Positions 1 to 15,290 of a DNA stretch of 32,000 bases are shown here, in pieces (the stretch's first letter is position 1; each line of letters opens with the position of its first letter). The stretch comes from Mycobacterium leprae TN. GTDB lineage: Bacteria; Actinomycetota; Actinomycetes; Mycobacteriales; Mycobacteriaceae. The stretch spans positions 2,340,001 to 2,372,000 of the forward strand of contig NC_002677.1 in the NCBI RefSeq assembly GCF_000195855.1, read 5' to 3'. The position numbers and the translations under genes are program-made. Under the pieces are notes generated by a model that was not told the DNA's origin, did no database searches, and saw nothing but the letters and a program-made list of their open reading frames with translations.

Positions 1-153
1 ACCAGAGTTCCTCGTTTGCGAAGTGTCGAGCCATGTTGTCTTTCACCACAGGCTCAAGCTGAAGGATCAATGCGTTAGGTACAGGTTTCTGTGCCATAAG
101 GTAACTGTAACCCGTTTACACAGTTTTTGTTAAATCAGAAGATTACGTGTAAC

Positions 154-2501
<2,348 letters not shown>

Positions 2502-2625
2502 CGCAAGAACAAACTGAGGCGGGTCAGCGGCTCGAGTTGGTTAATCACCTCATATTTAGCGACCGGCCAGTGCAACCTCCGTTGTCCCGCCCGGCCAGTA
2601 ACCAGTAACTTGTCCGTTTAGACTT

Positions 2626-3332
2626 CAAGGTGTCGTCGTGATGGTCATTTGGTGGTTATTTTTTGCTGGTTTGGTTTGGGTGGTGTTGTGGTGGGCTGGT
2701 GGGGTGTGGGTGGTTGATCTGCGCTAGAAGGTTGCCGTATGTGCCGCCGACGGCCGGATCATCGATGCACTGTTCACTAACACGATACTGCTGCACCCGG
2801 CGGCATGCCTGCTTGCTGGCTGAGGGCCGGTCAACAAGCCGCCGACACCGATACCAGCGGCAGAAATGGTGCAAGGGATAACATCAGGTGCGAATAGTTA
2901 TACCGTGCACGGGGACGTGCCTGTTCAGGTGCGGCCACATTGACCACGCCGACACCTCAAGGCCATGACATGCACACTAAAACGCCCCTACCCCGCGGCG
3001 CTAACAACTACCCTCACACCCACGCCTGCATCGATATCGCCTTCAGCACAGCCCAGGTGCCCAGCCCCTGGCATCATCAACATGTAGACCAAGCAGCACC
3101 CACCACCGACATGCTTACGTGCGCCGCGCTAATCGTGTCCACTGCGGCAAAGCACACGAAGCCTCATCGAAAGCAGGCAGTCAGCCACCCACCAACAAAA
3201 ACCCCGCAACACAGCAAAACACGTCAACAGGATTCCGGGCTGCCCCCCACGACTACCGAACATATCGGCCAGTCATAAAACGCAAAAACAGCCATTTCAC
3301 CCACCACCGACAAAACACCCACAACACCCTAG
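2626..3332. repeat. RLEP dispersed repeat, about 707 bp by my estimate of the ends
   Basis: Contains caccgataccagcggcagaa (2846-2865) and cctcaaggccatgacatgca (2955-2974), which match the standard RLEP PCR primers as remembered and are spaced 129 bp. Ends set by an imperfect inverted motif: ttcaaggtgtcgtcgtg at the left, and the reverse complement of cacaacaccctagaa at the right. Confidence 0.9.
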
Positions 3333-4291
3333 AACGATGATCGCAGATCCCGGGTAATCACGGCCCGCTCAGCCAGCTCATCGTCAGGTGGATAATCCAC
3401 GCGAATAAACGTCAAGCCATGTGCCGGCGCAGTTGTGAAGTCGCTGGACCGGCTTGCCTTTGTGAGCAACTCACCACACCAGCCGATGGTGCGTCGGTGA
3501 TCACCCACAGCCAGCAACGCTCCGATCAGCGACCGCACCATCGACCAGCAAAATGCATCAGCAGTGATATGGGCGGTGATCAAATATCCTTCTCGCGACC
3601 ATTCCAGCCGCTGTAACTCACGAATGGTGGTAGCACCGTGGCGATGACGGCAAAACACCGCAAAGTCACGTAGCCCCAACAAATCTCGCGATGCAGCGGA
3701 CATAGAATCCAGATCCAGTTCACGAGGCCAAGCAGTGACGTAGCGCGCCTGGTTCGGCTGAACTCCGTAGGGTGCCGTCGATAACCGATACCGATAATGC
3801 CGCCGCAAGGCTGAAAACCTGGCATCGAATCCTACTGGTGCACAGGCTATATCGAGAACTCGGACGTCAACAGGCAGGAGCCGGCTGAGACGCCGCAGCA
3901 GAGGCAGGAATTCCGGATCACCGGTATGTGGTGAGCGTGGATTGGCTTTCGACAAGGCAGTTCCGGGAATATCTACATGGGCCACCTGCCCGGTGGCGTG
4001 TACGCCTGTGTCGGTGCGCCCGGCAGCGCGCAGTCGCACCGGTGTGCGGAAAACAGTCGTGAAAGCTTCATCCAGCACGCCAGCGACTGTGCGCTGTCCC
4101 GCTTGGACCGCCCATCCTGCGAAATCGGTTCCGTCGTAGGCGATGTCGAGCCGAAGACGGACATCCTCACTAATGTTCGGCGGCCTTGTCAGGCTCGCTG
4201 GTGTAGGCCACCTCGTCCGACGTGGCTTCGACCTCCTCCTCTTGAGCCGGCTTCTCTTGGGCCTGCGCTGCTTTGGCCGAAGCGGCGGCAA
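3329..4291 (-). CDS. truA: tRNA pseudouridine(38-40) synthase; N-terminus uncertain (TTG at 4291, or a non-standard start nearer [15 protein letters not shown])
   Basis: [39 protein letters not shown] and [18 protein letters not shown] are TruA signatures. The 5' end overlaps rplQ if the track start is correct. Confidence 0.93.
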
Positions 4292-4682
4292 CTCGGCGGG
4301 CTCGGTCGGCCTCGGACGTTACCGTCTTCTCCCGCACTAGTTCGATCACAGCCATCGGAGCGTTGTCACCCTTACGCGCCTCGACCTTTATAATACGGGT
4401 GTATCCGCCATCGCGATCGGAGAAGAATGGCCCGATCTCCGCGAACAGGGCGTGCACCACATCCTTGTCGGGGAGCTTTTTCAGGACCTCTCGACGGTTG
4501 TGCAGTGTGCCCTTTTTCGCGTGCGTTATTAGCTTCTCCGCATACGGCCGCAGCGCACGAGCCTTTGGCTCGGTCGTCTTGATCCGGCCGTGCTCGAACA
4601 GCGACGCGGCCAGGTTGGTCAGAAGGGCCTTTTGGTGCGAAGACGAGCCACCGAGGCGAGGGCCCTTGGTGGGCTTGGGCAT
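4170..4682 (-). CDS. rplQ: 50S ribosomal protein L17 (170 aa, start [16 protein letters not shown])
   Basis: Canonical L17 sequence; the track ORF start at 4763 is extended. Confidence 0.97.
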
Positions 4683-4705
4683 TGCTGACACTCCTGTCTG
4701 TTCTG

Positions 4706-5776
<1,071 letters not shown>

Positions 5777-5833
5777 CTATTTGATGCCGTTAGGTTTCCC
5801 GCCGGTGCGGATGCAGCGGCGGGAGTCTGCACT

Positions 5834-6439
5834 CTACTTCGAGTAGTACTCGACGATCAGCTGCTCGATGAGCGGCACTTCAATCTGCACACGCTCGGGC
5901 AATTGGTGGATCAGGATGCGTTGATGCTCACCAACGACCTGCAACCAGCTCGGGATCGGTCGGTCACCCACTGTCTCCCGCGCGATTTGGAACGGCACCG
6001 TATCTAGCGACTTGTCCCGAATATCGATAATGTCGTACTGCGACACCCGGTAGCTGGGGACATTGACATGCACGCCGTTGACGCTGAAGTGCCCGTGGCT
6101 GACAAGCTGACGGGCCATCCGGCGGGTGCGCGCCAGTCCGGCACGGTAGATCACGTTATCGAGCCGACTTTCCAGGATCTTCAGCAATTCCTCACCCGTC
6201 TTACCAGGTTGCCGCACAGCCTCTTCGTAGTAACGGCGGAACTGCTTTTCCATTACGCCGTAGGTGAAGCGGGCCTTCTGCTTCTCCTGCAGCTGCAGCA
6301 GATATTCACTTTCCTTGATCCGCGCGCGGCCGTGCTGGCCGGGCGGGTAAGGACGCTTCTCGAACGCCTGATCGCCGCCGACGAGGTCGATACGCAGCCG
6401 GCGCGATTTGCGGGTGATGGGTCCAGTGTAACGAGCCAT
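5834..6439 (-). CDS. rpsD: 30S ribosomal protein S4
   Basis: MARYTGPITRKSRRLRIDL and RLDNVIYRAGLARTRRMARQLVSHGHFSVNG. Confidence 0.98.
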   Translation of the reverse strand: MARYTGPITRKSRRLRIDLVGGDQAFEKRPYPPGQHGRARIKESEYLLQLQEKQKARFTYGVMEKQFRRYYEEAVRQPGKTGEELLKILESRLDNVIYRAGLARTRRMARQLVSHGHFSVNGVHVNVPSYRVSQYDIIDIRDKSLDTVPFQIARETVGDRPIPSWLQVVGEHQRILIHQLPERVQIEVPLIEQLIVEYYSK

Positions 6440-6472
6440 GATTATCTCCTAGCCCCCCTAAATAAACTAATA

Positions 6473-6889
6473 CTAGACTCTTCTGCGCTTGGGTGGACGG
6501 CAGCCATTGTGCGGCTGGGGGGTGACGTCAGAGATCGCGCCGACCTCTAGGCCAGCAGCCTGCAGCGACCGGATCGCAGTCTCCCGGCCCGAGCCCGGGC
6601 CCATCACGAATACGTCGACCTTGCGCACCCCGTGCTCCTGAGCCTTGCGTGCGGCGTTCTCAGCAGCCAACTGCGCGGCGAACGGAGTCGATTTCCGCGA
6701 TCCTTTGAAGCCAACGTGGCCCGATGACGCCCAGGCAATGACGTTACCCTGCTGGTCAGTAATGGTCACGATCGTATTGTTGAAGGTGCTCTTAATATGC
6801 GCAGCACCGTATGGGATATTCTTCTTTTCCCGCTTACGGGTCTTCTGTCCCTTCTTGGGACCCGCTGCGTTTGCCTTCTTCGGCGGCAT
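6473..6889 (-). CDS. rpsK: 30S ribosomal protein S11
   Basis: [45 protein letters not shown]. Confidence 0.98.
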   Translation of the reverse strand: MPPKKANAAGPKKGQKTRKREKKNIPYGAAHIKSTFNNTIVTITDQQGNVIAWASSGHVGFKGSRKSTPFAAQLAAENAARKAQEHGVRKVDVFVMGPGSGRETAIRSLQAAGLEVGAISDVTPQPHNGCRPPKRRRV

Positions 6890-6892
6890 GGG

Positions 6893-7267
6893 TTACCTGG
6901 CCTTCTTCTTGCCTGCAATGGTGCGCTTGGGGCCTTTGCGGGTCCGCGCGTTGGTTTTGGTCCGCTGGCCACGCACCGGCAGGCCGCGGCGGTGTCGCAA
7001 ACCTTGGTAACAGCCGATCTCCATCTTGCGGCGGATATCGGCCTGCACCTCGCGACGCAAGTCACCTTCCACCTTGAGATTAGCTTCGATGTAGTCGCGC
7101 AGGTGGGTCAGCTGGTCATCGGTGAGATCCCTGGTCCGTAGGTCCCGTTCAATGCCGGTGGCCTCTAAAATTTCGTTGGCACGGGTGCGTCCAATACCAT
7201 AGATGTAGGTCAGGGCGACCTCCATCCGCTTGTCGCGCGGCAGGTCGACGCCGACTAGTCGAGCCAT
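6893..7267 (-). CDS. rpsM: 30S ribosomal protein S13
   Basis: [34 protein letters not shown] and [24 protein letters not shown]. Confidence 0.98.
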   Translation of the reverse strand: MARLVGVDLPRDKRMEVALTYIYGIGRTRANEILEATGIERDLRTRDLTDDQLTHLRDYIEANLKVEGDLRREVQADIRRKMEIGCYQGLRHRRGLPVRGQRTKTNARTRKGPKRTIAGKKKAR

Positions 7268-7443
7268 AGGTGGTAGTTCCTTTTATCTCAAACGAAGGTT
7301 TGTCCCCAGCCCGTTCCCTGCGCCCAAAAAAGATTTGGGTACGAGGCCCGGCCTCCGTCCGGGCGTAGCTGAGCGGACCATCTGATCGATGCCAGCCGCA
7401 CAGTAGGACTGGGAGGTCTGCTTTCAGTTGTTTGCGCTAAAAA

Positions 7444-7557
7444 CTACCCTTGTCGCTGCTTGTGCCGCGGATCCACGCAAATCACCATGACCCGCCTATG
7501 CCGACGGATAACCCTGCACTTGTCGCACATGGGCTTTACACTCGGGTTCACCTTCAC
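7444..7557 (-). CDS. rpmJ: 50S ribosomal protein L36 (37 aa, GTG start); absent from the supplied ORF track because it is short
   Basis: Own translation: [37 protein letters not shown], stop at 7444-7446, located between infA and rpsM. Confidence 0.96.
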   Translation of the reverse strand: MKVNPSVKPMCDKCRVIRRHRRVMVICVDPRHKQRQG

Positions 7558-7596
7558 GGCAGTCTCTAATACCTCTTCTCCGGTCTGGATGTTTTT

Positions 7597-7818
7597 TTAC
7601 TTGTATCGGTACACAATGCGTCCCCGGGACAAATCATAGGGTGACAACTCCACCACCACCCGGTCCTCAGGCAGTATGCGGATGTAATGCTGCCGCATTT
7701 TACCGCTGATGTGGGCGAGGACCTTGTGACCGTTCTCCAGCTCAATGCGAAACATCGCATTGGGCAGAGGTTCGACCACACGACCTTCGACCTCGATAGC
7801 ACCATCCTTTTTGGCCAT
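7597..7818 (-). CDS. infA: Translation initiation factor IF-1
   Basis: [63 protein letters not shown]. Confidence 0.98.
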
Positions 7819-8329
7819 TACCTACTGGCTGTCCTTACTCTTCCCGCTCGTCCCAGTCTGGATACCCTGATCGGCGCAACATTCACTCCAAAACTTATAA
7901 CGTGAGCCGATAACTGGAAATTCCAGAACTGAACACGCAAAAAGTCGTCGCGATGAAGCACCGTTTGCCCTACAATACCCCGTCATTCGGCTTCACCAAA
8001 ATTGTCGCTAAATGCACGGCACCGGGTGGAATAGGACCGGAGTAAGGGCAGCATGCCGTCGGGTGGTGTCCACCATGACCGACTCTAGATACCCGTGCTC
8101 GTGCCAGTGTTAAAGCCAACAATACTAGTCTACGCCGTGGTCGCCTATGACACTCCGTACGCGATCGCAGTGCATCGGCGCCAGCACTTCGAGACCAGCG
8201 CCGACCACGTCCCTGTTTAAGTCCTCACCTAAAAGGAGGATCACCTGGCTTCAGCACTGGCCGAACTGACAGGGCCGCTCTGACTGATTCACCTGTGACC
8301 AGGCCCTTACCTGGTTAACGTTCCGCTAG

Positions 8330-9334
<1,005 letters not shown>

Positions 9335-9335
9335 A

Positions 9336-9944
9336 ATGAACGTCAAAGAACTGGATATCTCGGGCGCCTGGGAGATCACCCCTACTATTCATAGCGATTC
9401 CCGCGGAATGTTTTTCGAATGGCTCACAGCCAGTAGGTTCAGCGCATTCACCGGTCACCGCTTAGACGTCCGGCAAGCCAACTGCTCGGTGTCCTCGGCC
9501 GGTGTGTTGCGGGGCCTGCATTTCGCTCAAGTGCCACCGAGCCAGGCCAAATATGTTACCTGCGTGACCGGTTCGGTGTTCGATGTCGTAGTCGATATCC
9601 GTTTAGGATCACCAACATTCGGCTGTTGGACCTCAATTACGCTCAACGACTCCAACCGGAAGACCATTTATATCTCCGAGAGTCTCGCACACGGATTCCT
9701 TGCACTGCAAGATAATTCTACAGTTATGTACCTATGCTCTGCTGAATACAACCCTGCGCGCGAACACGCCATCTGCGCCACGGATCCGGACCTGGCAATC
9801 GACTGGCCGGTGGTCGACGGTGTTGACACGCACTTGTCCAAGCGTGATGCCACAGCCCCCAATCTTGATGACATACGCGCGTCTGGACTACTGCCGACCT
9901 GGGATGAAACGCAGAATTTTATCGCCAACCTCGGCAGCAAATAG
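9336..9944 (+). CDS. rmlC: dTDP-4-dehydrorhamnose 3,5-epimerase
   Basis: GLHFAQVPPSQAKYVTCVTGSVFDVVVDIR and ESLAHGFLALQDNSTVMYLCS; only 1 nt separates it from the rmlB stop. Confidence 0.97.
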   Translation: MNVKELDISGAWEITPTIHSDSRGMFFEWLTASRFSAFTGHRLDVRQANCSVSSAGVLRGLHFAQVPPSQAKYVTCVTGSVFDVVVDIRLGSPTFGCWTSITLNDSNRKTIYISESLAHGFLALQDNSTVMYLCSAEYNPAREHAICATDPDLAIDWPVVDGVDTHLSKRDATAPNLDDIRASGLLPTWDETQNFIANLGSK

Positions 9945-9988
9945 CAACGCGGCCATCACAAGTTACTACCGACATAAGGAGAATTTTG

Positions 9989-10474
9989 GTGAGGCATAAG
10001 TTATTGGCCGCCATCTACGCCGTCACGATCATGGCCGGCGCGGCGGGCTGCAGCGGGGGCACGCAGGCTCCCACCCCTTCGGTGAGCAAAACCACAAACT
10101 CCAGCCCCACAACCGTAGCGAGCAGCATTCCCGACGCAGCAGCCGGAGAAACGAAGGTCACCATCGGCGGCCAGCCACAAAAAGTCAGTGGCCCGGTCGT
10201 GTGCTCAACTACAAACGGCAAGTTCTCGATCGCGATCGGTGACATGATCACCGGAGTCATCGTTGGCTTGGAGCCGGACGCATCGGTGGTCCATAACGCC
10301 GGCCTCGGCACCATAGACGGTGTGGTCATAGCCTTCACCGAGGGCGTCCCCAGCGAGAACGCCAATGCCACCAAAAACGGCAACACATACCAAATCACCG
10401 GTACAGCCAGCGGTGTAGACAATACCGGCCAGCAGATCCATAAGTCTTTCGAAATCGAAGTCACCTGCCGCTAA
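9989..10474 (+). CDS. LpqH / 19 kDa antigen-family lipoprotein
   Basis: GTG start preceded by an aaggag ribosome site; signal peptide with lipobox (MAGAAGC); C-terminal ITGTASGVDNTGQQIHKSFEIEVTC resembles LpqH. Confidence 0.85.
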   Translation: MRHKLLAAIYAVTIMAGAAGCSGGTQAPTPSVSKTTNSSPTTVASSIPDAAAGETKVTIGGQPQKVSGPVVCSTTNGKFSIAIGDMITGVIVGLEPDASVVHNAGLGTIDGVVIAFTEGVPSENANATKNGNTYQITGTASGVDNTGQQIHKSFEIEVTCR

Positions 10475-11649
10475 CACCGGTTGCCGAACCTCGCCACCTG
10501 GTCACCAACCGGCCGGCCCCTGAGCAAATTTGTGCCCGTTATCGATCTACCTGGGCACGAGGGCGGTGCCCCGGGTACACTCTCAGAGAGCCACTTCAGA
10601 TCGACTCCGCAAGATGCCCGAAAAGTTCGGCCATGGCAGCCGATGTCCATGCAGGTCCAATTCACGAACAACAGAGCAAGCCGCACATGGGGCTAATCGT
10701 TCCTACCGGCCAACCACAGCAATAGAATGAAAACTATACTGGCATTAGGCGACAACGTATTAGCCTTTTCGACCACACGGCACGTGTGTGTATCACGATG
10801 TAGAGCTGCGACAACACCTTGACTGCTAAGTCGCCGAATTTCTTTATCTCCCTATGATTTTCATAGGGAGAATGCCACAGGCGATTCATGGCTTGCTGCA
10901 TCGGTAACCATAAGACCTTCGGAGTCTTGATGCCAACCTGCGCGGCTGCCGCACCGCTTCAGAGTGCACCGGTGTAATTACGGTATCAACCACCGTGACA
11001 GTTCTCACCTGGCTACACCACCACGGCATCGATACCAGTATCGTGCGCGTTCTCGCATGCCGATTAACTCACCGATCTACCGGCTACCGAAAAGACACTG
11101 GGTCAGTTAAGGCTGTGGAATCAACTCAAGTATCCGCGTTGTCGACGGAACCACCAGCATGACTGCTTGTTCTCCTTACCAGTTTGACACCAATGACATT
11201 ATAACCACCATGCGCGATACTTAGCTCTCAAGTATATTCTAGCGTCTTCGGAGGTAGTGGGATACATGCCCGAAATGCTATCACCACATTGAGAAAGCAA
11301 TTCCCTGGGCAGGGGTTGTACATGTCGAATTCGTGTGCAGTGTAGTGGCTTTGACTCACGTTGGATGACCCAAAACCATTAGCGGGTTTGTGATAAACCC
11401 AATACGCGGTTGTCGTAGACGCAAGCTCGAGGGCACTGTTAGCACTGCTACTGGCCAAGAGTAACATCGCCGTTACCCTCGTGAAGCACGACGACAAGCT
11501 GATTATAGCAGCCGAAGCGTCCACCTCTCATCCATCAACGTTGAATCTCCTTAGAACACTCGTACCTGAGCGCACTTCCGACACCTAGGCCATCACCGTG
11601 ACCTAAGTGCAGTGGCGCTACAACCGCAGAGACATTCGCGCGGAACTTG

Positions 11650-12520
11650 ATTACCGGTTACTCGCCATAGTGCAATACTAACAGCCCGGGTTAAACGGCC
11701 AGGAAATCGACATTCATGGTCTGATAGCCGCCAGCATCGCTACATCCTTGCGGACGCTCTCAGTGGAGGTTCCTGTAGCAGTATGCTATCAAATCAATTA
11801 TAGTGCAAATGCTTGGGCGAAAATGGTCACTAACGTTGCGGAACCGCAAGCGATAGCGTCGGCCAGCCACAATGTCAGGCGCTGACTGATGTAGCATCCA
11901 TTGCGAACGGAGTGCCTTTGATGGTCCAGATGTTGAACTCATTGCTGTCGACGGTGCTTTTCTCGATGAGCATGTCAATAACGTAATCGATCGGCGGGAC
12001 GATACGGTCCGGTGGTGGTGACAACGGCTGGGGGCGTGGGCGCCGCAACGACTAGTATATTCGACGACAATACCCATGCCTGCTTGATGATCCTCGTCGG
12101 AAAGGTACCCAAGATCCAGTTACCGGAATTACTCATTTCCTTTCCACGATCGCAGGAGATGCGTTCGGTAGCGACCAGCCACAACGCTTGCACCGTAACG
12201 GGTTTAGTCACCAGGTTGCCATCGAGTCATTATCACGGCAACGGTAAAAGGTGTGCCTAGACAGGGCAAGACTGCAGTTTTCGGTGGCGCTGCCATTGAG
12301 CACGTGCATCAGAACCCGCTGTCCTGATTGATACACGGATCAGATCGCCATGGCCAAGACTACGACCATTGACGGTAAAGGGTGTCGTAGCCAATCTCGT
12401 AGCCGTGCGGTGTTCCCAAAGCCAACGAGTGGCCATGGCCCACTCCACGTCGTAGCGCAACTCTGTGATCAGGGCACTAACGAGAAAAAAGCTGGGCATA
12501 TCGCTGGCCCAGCTTGGGCC
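11650..12520 (-). pseudogene. Decayed multicopper oxidase
   Basis: Multi-frame minus-strand fragments in the correct order: TPFTVNGRSLGHGDLIRV, QRVLMHVLNGSATENCSLAL, WILGTF...GMGIVVEY-like, SNEFNIWTIKGTPFAMD, AGRRYRLRFRNVSDH, ESVRKDVAMLAAYQTMNVDFLA. Frames are interrupted. Confidence 0.8.
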
Positions 12521-13992
12521 CGAACTCCTTAAGAGTTAGGAACACTTTAACTAGTCGTAAGCGCTCAACTGCTCCGTTTGCGTAAATCACGTCTATGAAC
12601 GAGCCGAACTGGCATCACCTGGCTGGCCGGCTAGACTGCGGCAAACCCCTGAACCAACCCGGTCTTATAGTGATTTCCGGCGACTTAGGCCACGAAGTCA
12701 CCTTCGACAACATATTCAACACGTCAATTGCATAGGTGCCCATTGCCTTAGCATTCCAGGCCCAGAACTGCGTATATTGCGCCTCGCGGGCTACGATCGC
12801 CAAAGCGTTCTCTCCGAACAGGTCGGACTGGACCAGCCCCTGCAATCTGGCGCGGTTACTAGGCGATCACCTCTGGAGACACCACAGTTTTACACGCTAA
12901 AAAGCAGGCCGCCCACCAGGCGGAAGGCTTGTTTAGCGGTCCGAAAGCTTTCGTGGACGAACGTATACAACCATTCCTGATAGAAGCACAAACACCTCGA
13001 CCAGCCGGTCCGCTGACTGACCTGACCACCCCGCATTCAGCTTCGTGAGCAATTCCTGAACAACTTTAGGGGTGCGAGCCATCTAGTTAAACAACTACTT
13101 CCCTTTTTCGGTCGACGGCAAACAGTTTGTTAGGCCCCATGCCAGTATACAGGTCGTCTCCGACGATAACGCCTCGAATGCGAAAACATCTCTTTGTTCG
13201 TTATTCCTTACCGACCGGTAACGACTGCTGCTGGTATCGAAGTCTGCGGTGCAGGTATCGCCTTAAGTGAGATCAGACTAAAGGTTTCAGCGTGGGCTTC
13301 CCGAGGCAATTTAATATGCAGTGGAGTTTATCGCCAAGACCTCTGAAAACTGGTTAAGAATCGCCATGCATCGAGCCAGAGTCTGCTGATACTGTTCGGC
13401 GTATATCCTCAGGTAAGCTCCCGCCTTCTGCAACAACGCGTCTATAGCTGCGGCCGTAACACCGTTCAGATCCGGGAACACCTGGGTAATTAGACTCAAC
13501 TACAGGAGTTCTAGTGTTGTGTGTTGGTGATTGTTTTAACGTTTGATTTTGTTGAGGGGGTGTCTGCGGTCTGGGTTCAGGTGAACGGTGTGGTGTGTTC
13601 GTTGTAGGTGGGGATCGCGGTTTCGAGGTTGTTGATATCGGTGAACGTGTTGTGGCGGGTGATGGTGGTGAAGAAGATTTTGGTTATGTGTCAGCTATGA
13701 GCAGCTTGTCGGTGTGAAGTGCAGTGTGGCTTGCTGGTTATCCTGTAGCCAGGATCGGCTGCTGGGGGTTTGTGGGTTGGCGTAGTTGTCGCAGATTGGG
13801 GCATGCCTGTATGTGTGGGTGTGTTTTGGTGGCGAGTTTGAAGGTAGTGGCAGAATCGGTTTGGGTGTGATCCAGCTGCTTGGGTCTGGGGCTTCATTGT
13901 CGACGCTAGAGCATAATCGCGGCCGCGGGTTGAGTAGGCCTGGGGCGCGGTGTGGGTGTATTACTTTCGGTCCGTTTCCCAGACTGGTCGCC

Positions 13993-14028
13993 GATCCTGG
14001 TGTGCGCGTCTTTGCGCACCGGGCTTTT
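13993..14028 (-). ncRNA. Candidate remnant of group II intron domain V
   Basis: The reverse complement AAAAGCCCGGTGCGCAAAGACGCGCACACCAGGATC folds as a long stem with a purine-containing loop, has an AGC triad near the 5' side, and lies 14 nt downstream of the maturase stop, where domain V is expected. It deviates from consensus. Confidence 0.4.
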
Positions 14029-14042
14029 CATGGTCACTACCG

Positions 14043-15290
14043 TTAGGCGGTGGGAATACTGGTCCAAGGGTTGGGTATTGTGGTGATTTGGTAGCGGTAC
14101 CGGGTGACCGGTATCGAGGTCGGGTTCAATAGGGTGGTCTCTTCTGCGTCAATCGGTTTTCACCGTTTTTCGGAGGTGGTGAACTGCCGGCGAATGTCTT
14201 TCCATCTCCGGCGATACAGTGCTCGAAACCACCGATGGTTGATCTGTGCCAGCACGGCCCCCGGATTGCGCTGTGATTTCCTGTTTGCCAGGGCACGGAT
14301 CTTGGCTTTGACCGACCGTCGTGCCCGGTCGGCGATACAAGTCCTAGACATGCCCACGTGGTCGTTGCCTTCTTGGGTGTCCACCCGGTGTGGAAGCCGC
14401 GAAAGTCCATACCAGTTACCGAAGTGCGCGGTCTTTGTCTTTGCAGTCGACAGCTGCAGACCTAGAGGCGTAAGCATCGAGTTTATTTCGTTTTGCAGGC
14501 CTCTGGCGTGTCTGGTCGCCATGTGCTGAGTACAACGCAGTCGTCCGCTACGCGGGACGACTGCGTTGTACTCAGCAGGCCTGTGACGCGGCGCCGACTA
14601 GGCAGGTAAGCAGTGGACATCGAGCCGCACGGTTTCCATGGCTGCATCCGATACTCATCGAGCCCAGGCAAGGCGATGTTGGTCAGCACCGGCGACAAGA
14701 TATTGCCCTGAGACGTTCCGGTGTGAGTGTTCTGGTGCTCACCAGACTCGGTGAGCACACCGGCCTTAGAAAACGCCTTCACCAGGACCAAGTACGCGTT
14801 TATCCTTGACTGGCAATAGCATCCGCTCCAACAGAGCAGAATGTGAGATAGAGTCACAGCGCACCTCAATGTCTGCATACAGCACCCACCGATAGCTTGT
14901 AGTGCTGTATTGGTGAATTTCGGCGATCGTGTCCCTGAGATCGCCGCTTGGGGGCGGAATCCAGGGGAGATCGGCTCGAAAGCGGCCTCGACGACAGGCT
15001 CCAACACCAGCTTCAACGCAGCCTGAACGACTCGATCCGCAGATTGTCCAACAACCCGCTACCTCGACGATTTCCTCAACATGGGCTCCGGTCCGGGCGT
15101 CCACACCAGCAGTATTCGCCCCATAGTTGCCCGTGACCCAGTCAAACGCCACCAACAATGTTCGCCGGGTCACACACGAGATTGAACAGGTCATCAAACC
15201 TGCGGCCACGATCGACCGACGATGACCCCAACCCGATAAATCGTGTTGGCCACACAACACCCAAGCAGGACCTAGGACGATTCCTCCCCT
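14043..15290 (-). pseudogene. Degenerate group II intron reverse transcriptase/maturase
   Basis: Minus-strand fragments in order across frameshifts: DRGRRFDDLFNLVCDPA; FDWVTGNYGANTAGVDA; YRWVLYADIEVRCDSISHSALLERM; LVLEPVVEAAFEPISPGFRP; GTSQGNILSPVLTNIALPGLDE (RT motif 4); ADDCVVL (catalytic YADD region); LTPLGLQLSTAKTKTAHFG; SVKAKIRALANR; VTRYRYQITTIPNPWTSIPTA then TAA at 14043. Confidence 0.9.
14524..14577. repeat. Perfect inverted repeat, 23 bp arms with 8 nt loop
   Basis: tgctgagtacaacgcagtcgtcc-gctacgcg-ggacgactgcgttgtactcagca; overlaps the YADD motif of the RT pseudogene. Confidence 0.98.

Noticed and set aside
10015-10464. 149 aa minus-strand ORF opposite the LpqH-like gene
   Set aside because: Shadow ORF; the plus strand has a lipobox, ribosome site and family similarity.
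13311-13499. 62 aa minus-strand ORF MSLITQVFPDLNGVTAAAIDALL... as a small helical protein
   Set aside because: Protein-like composition, but no recognised family and no clear ribosome site; could be a pseudogene fragment. Not supported enough to list.
14043-15290. Possible retron or diversity-generating retroelement RT
   Set aside because: Sequence around motifs (FDDLFNLVCDP, GTxQGxxLSPxLxNIxL, LEPxxEAxFxPxSxGFRP, C-terminal TRYRYxxTxIPNPW) is group II maturase type. No template/variable repeat pair or msr/msd was seen, and the gene is broken.
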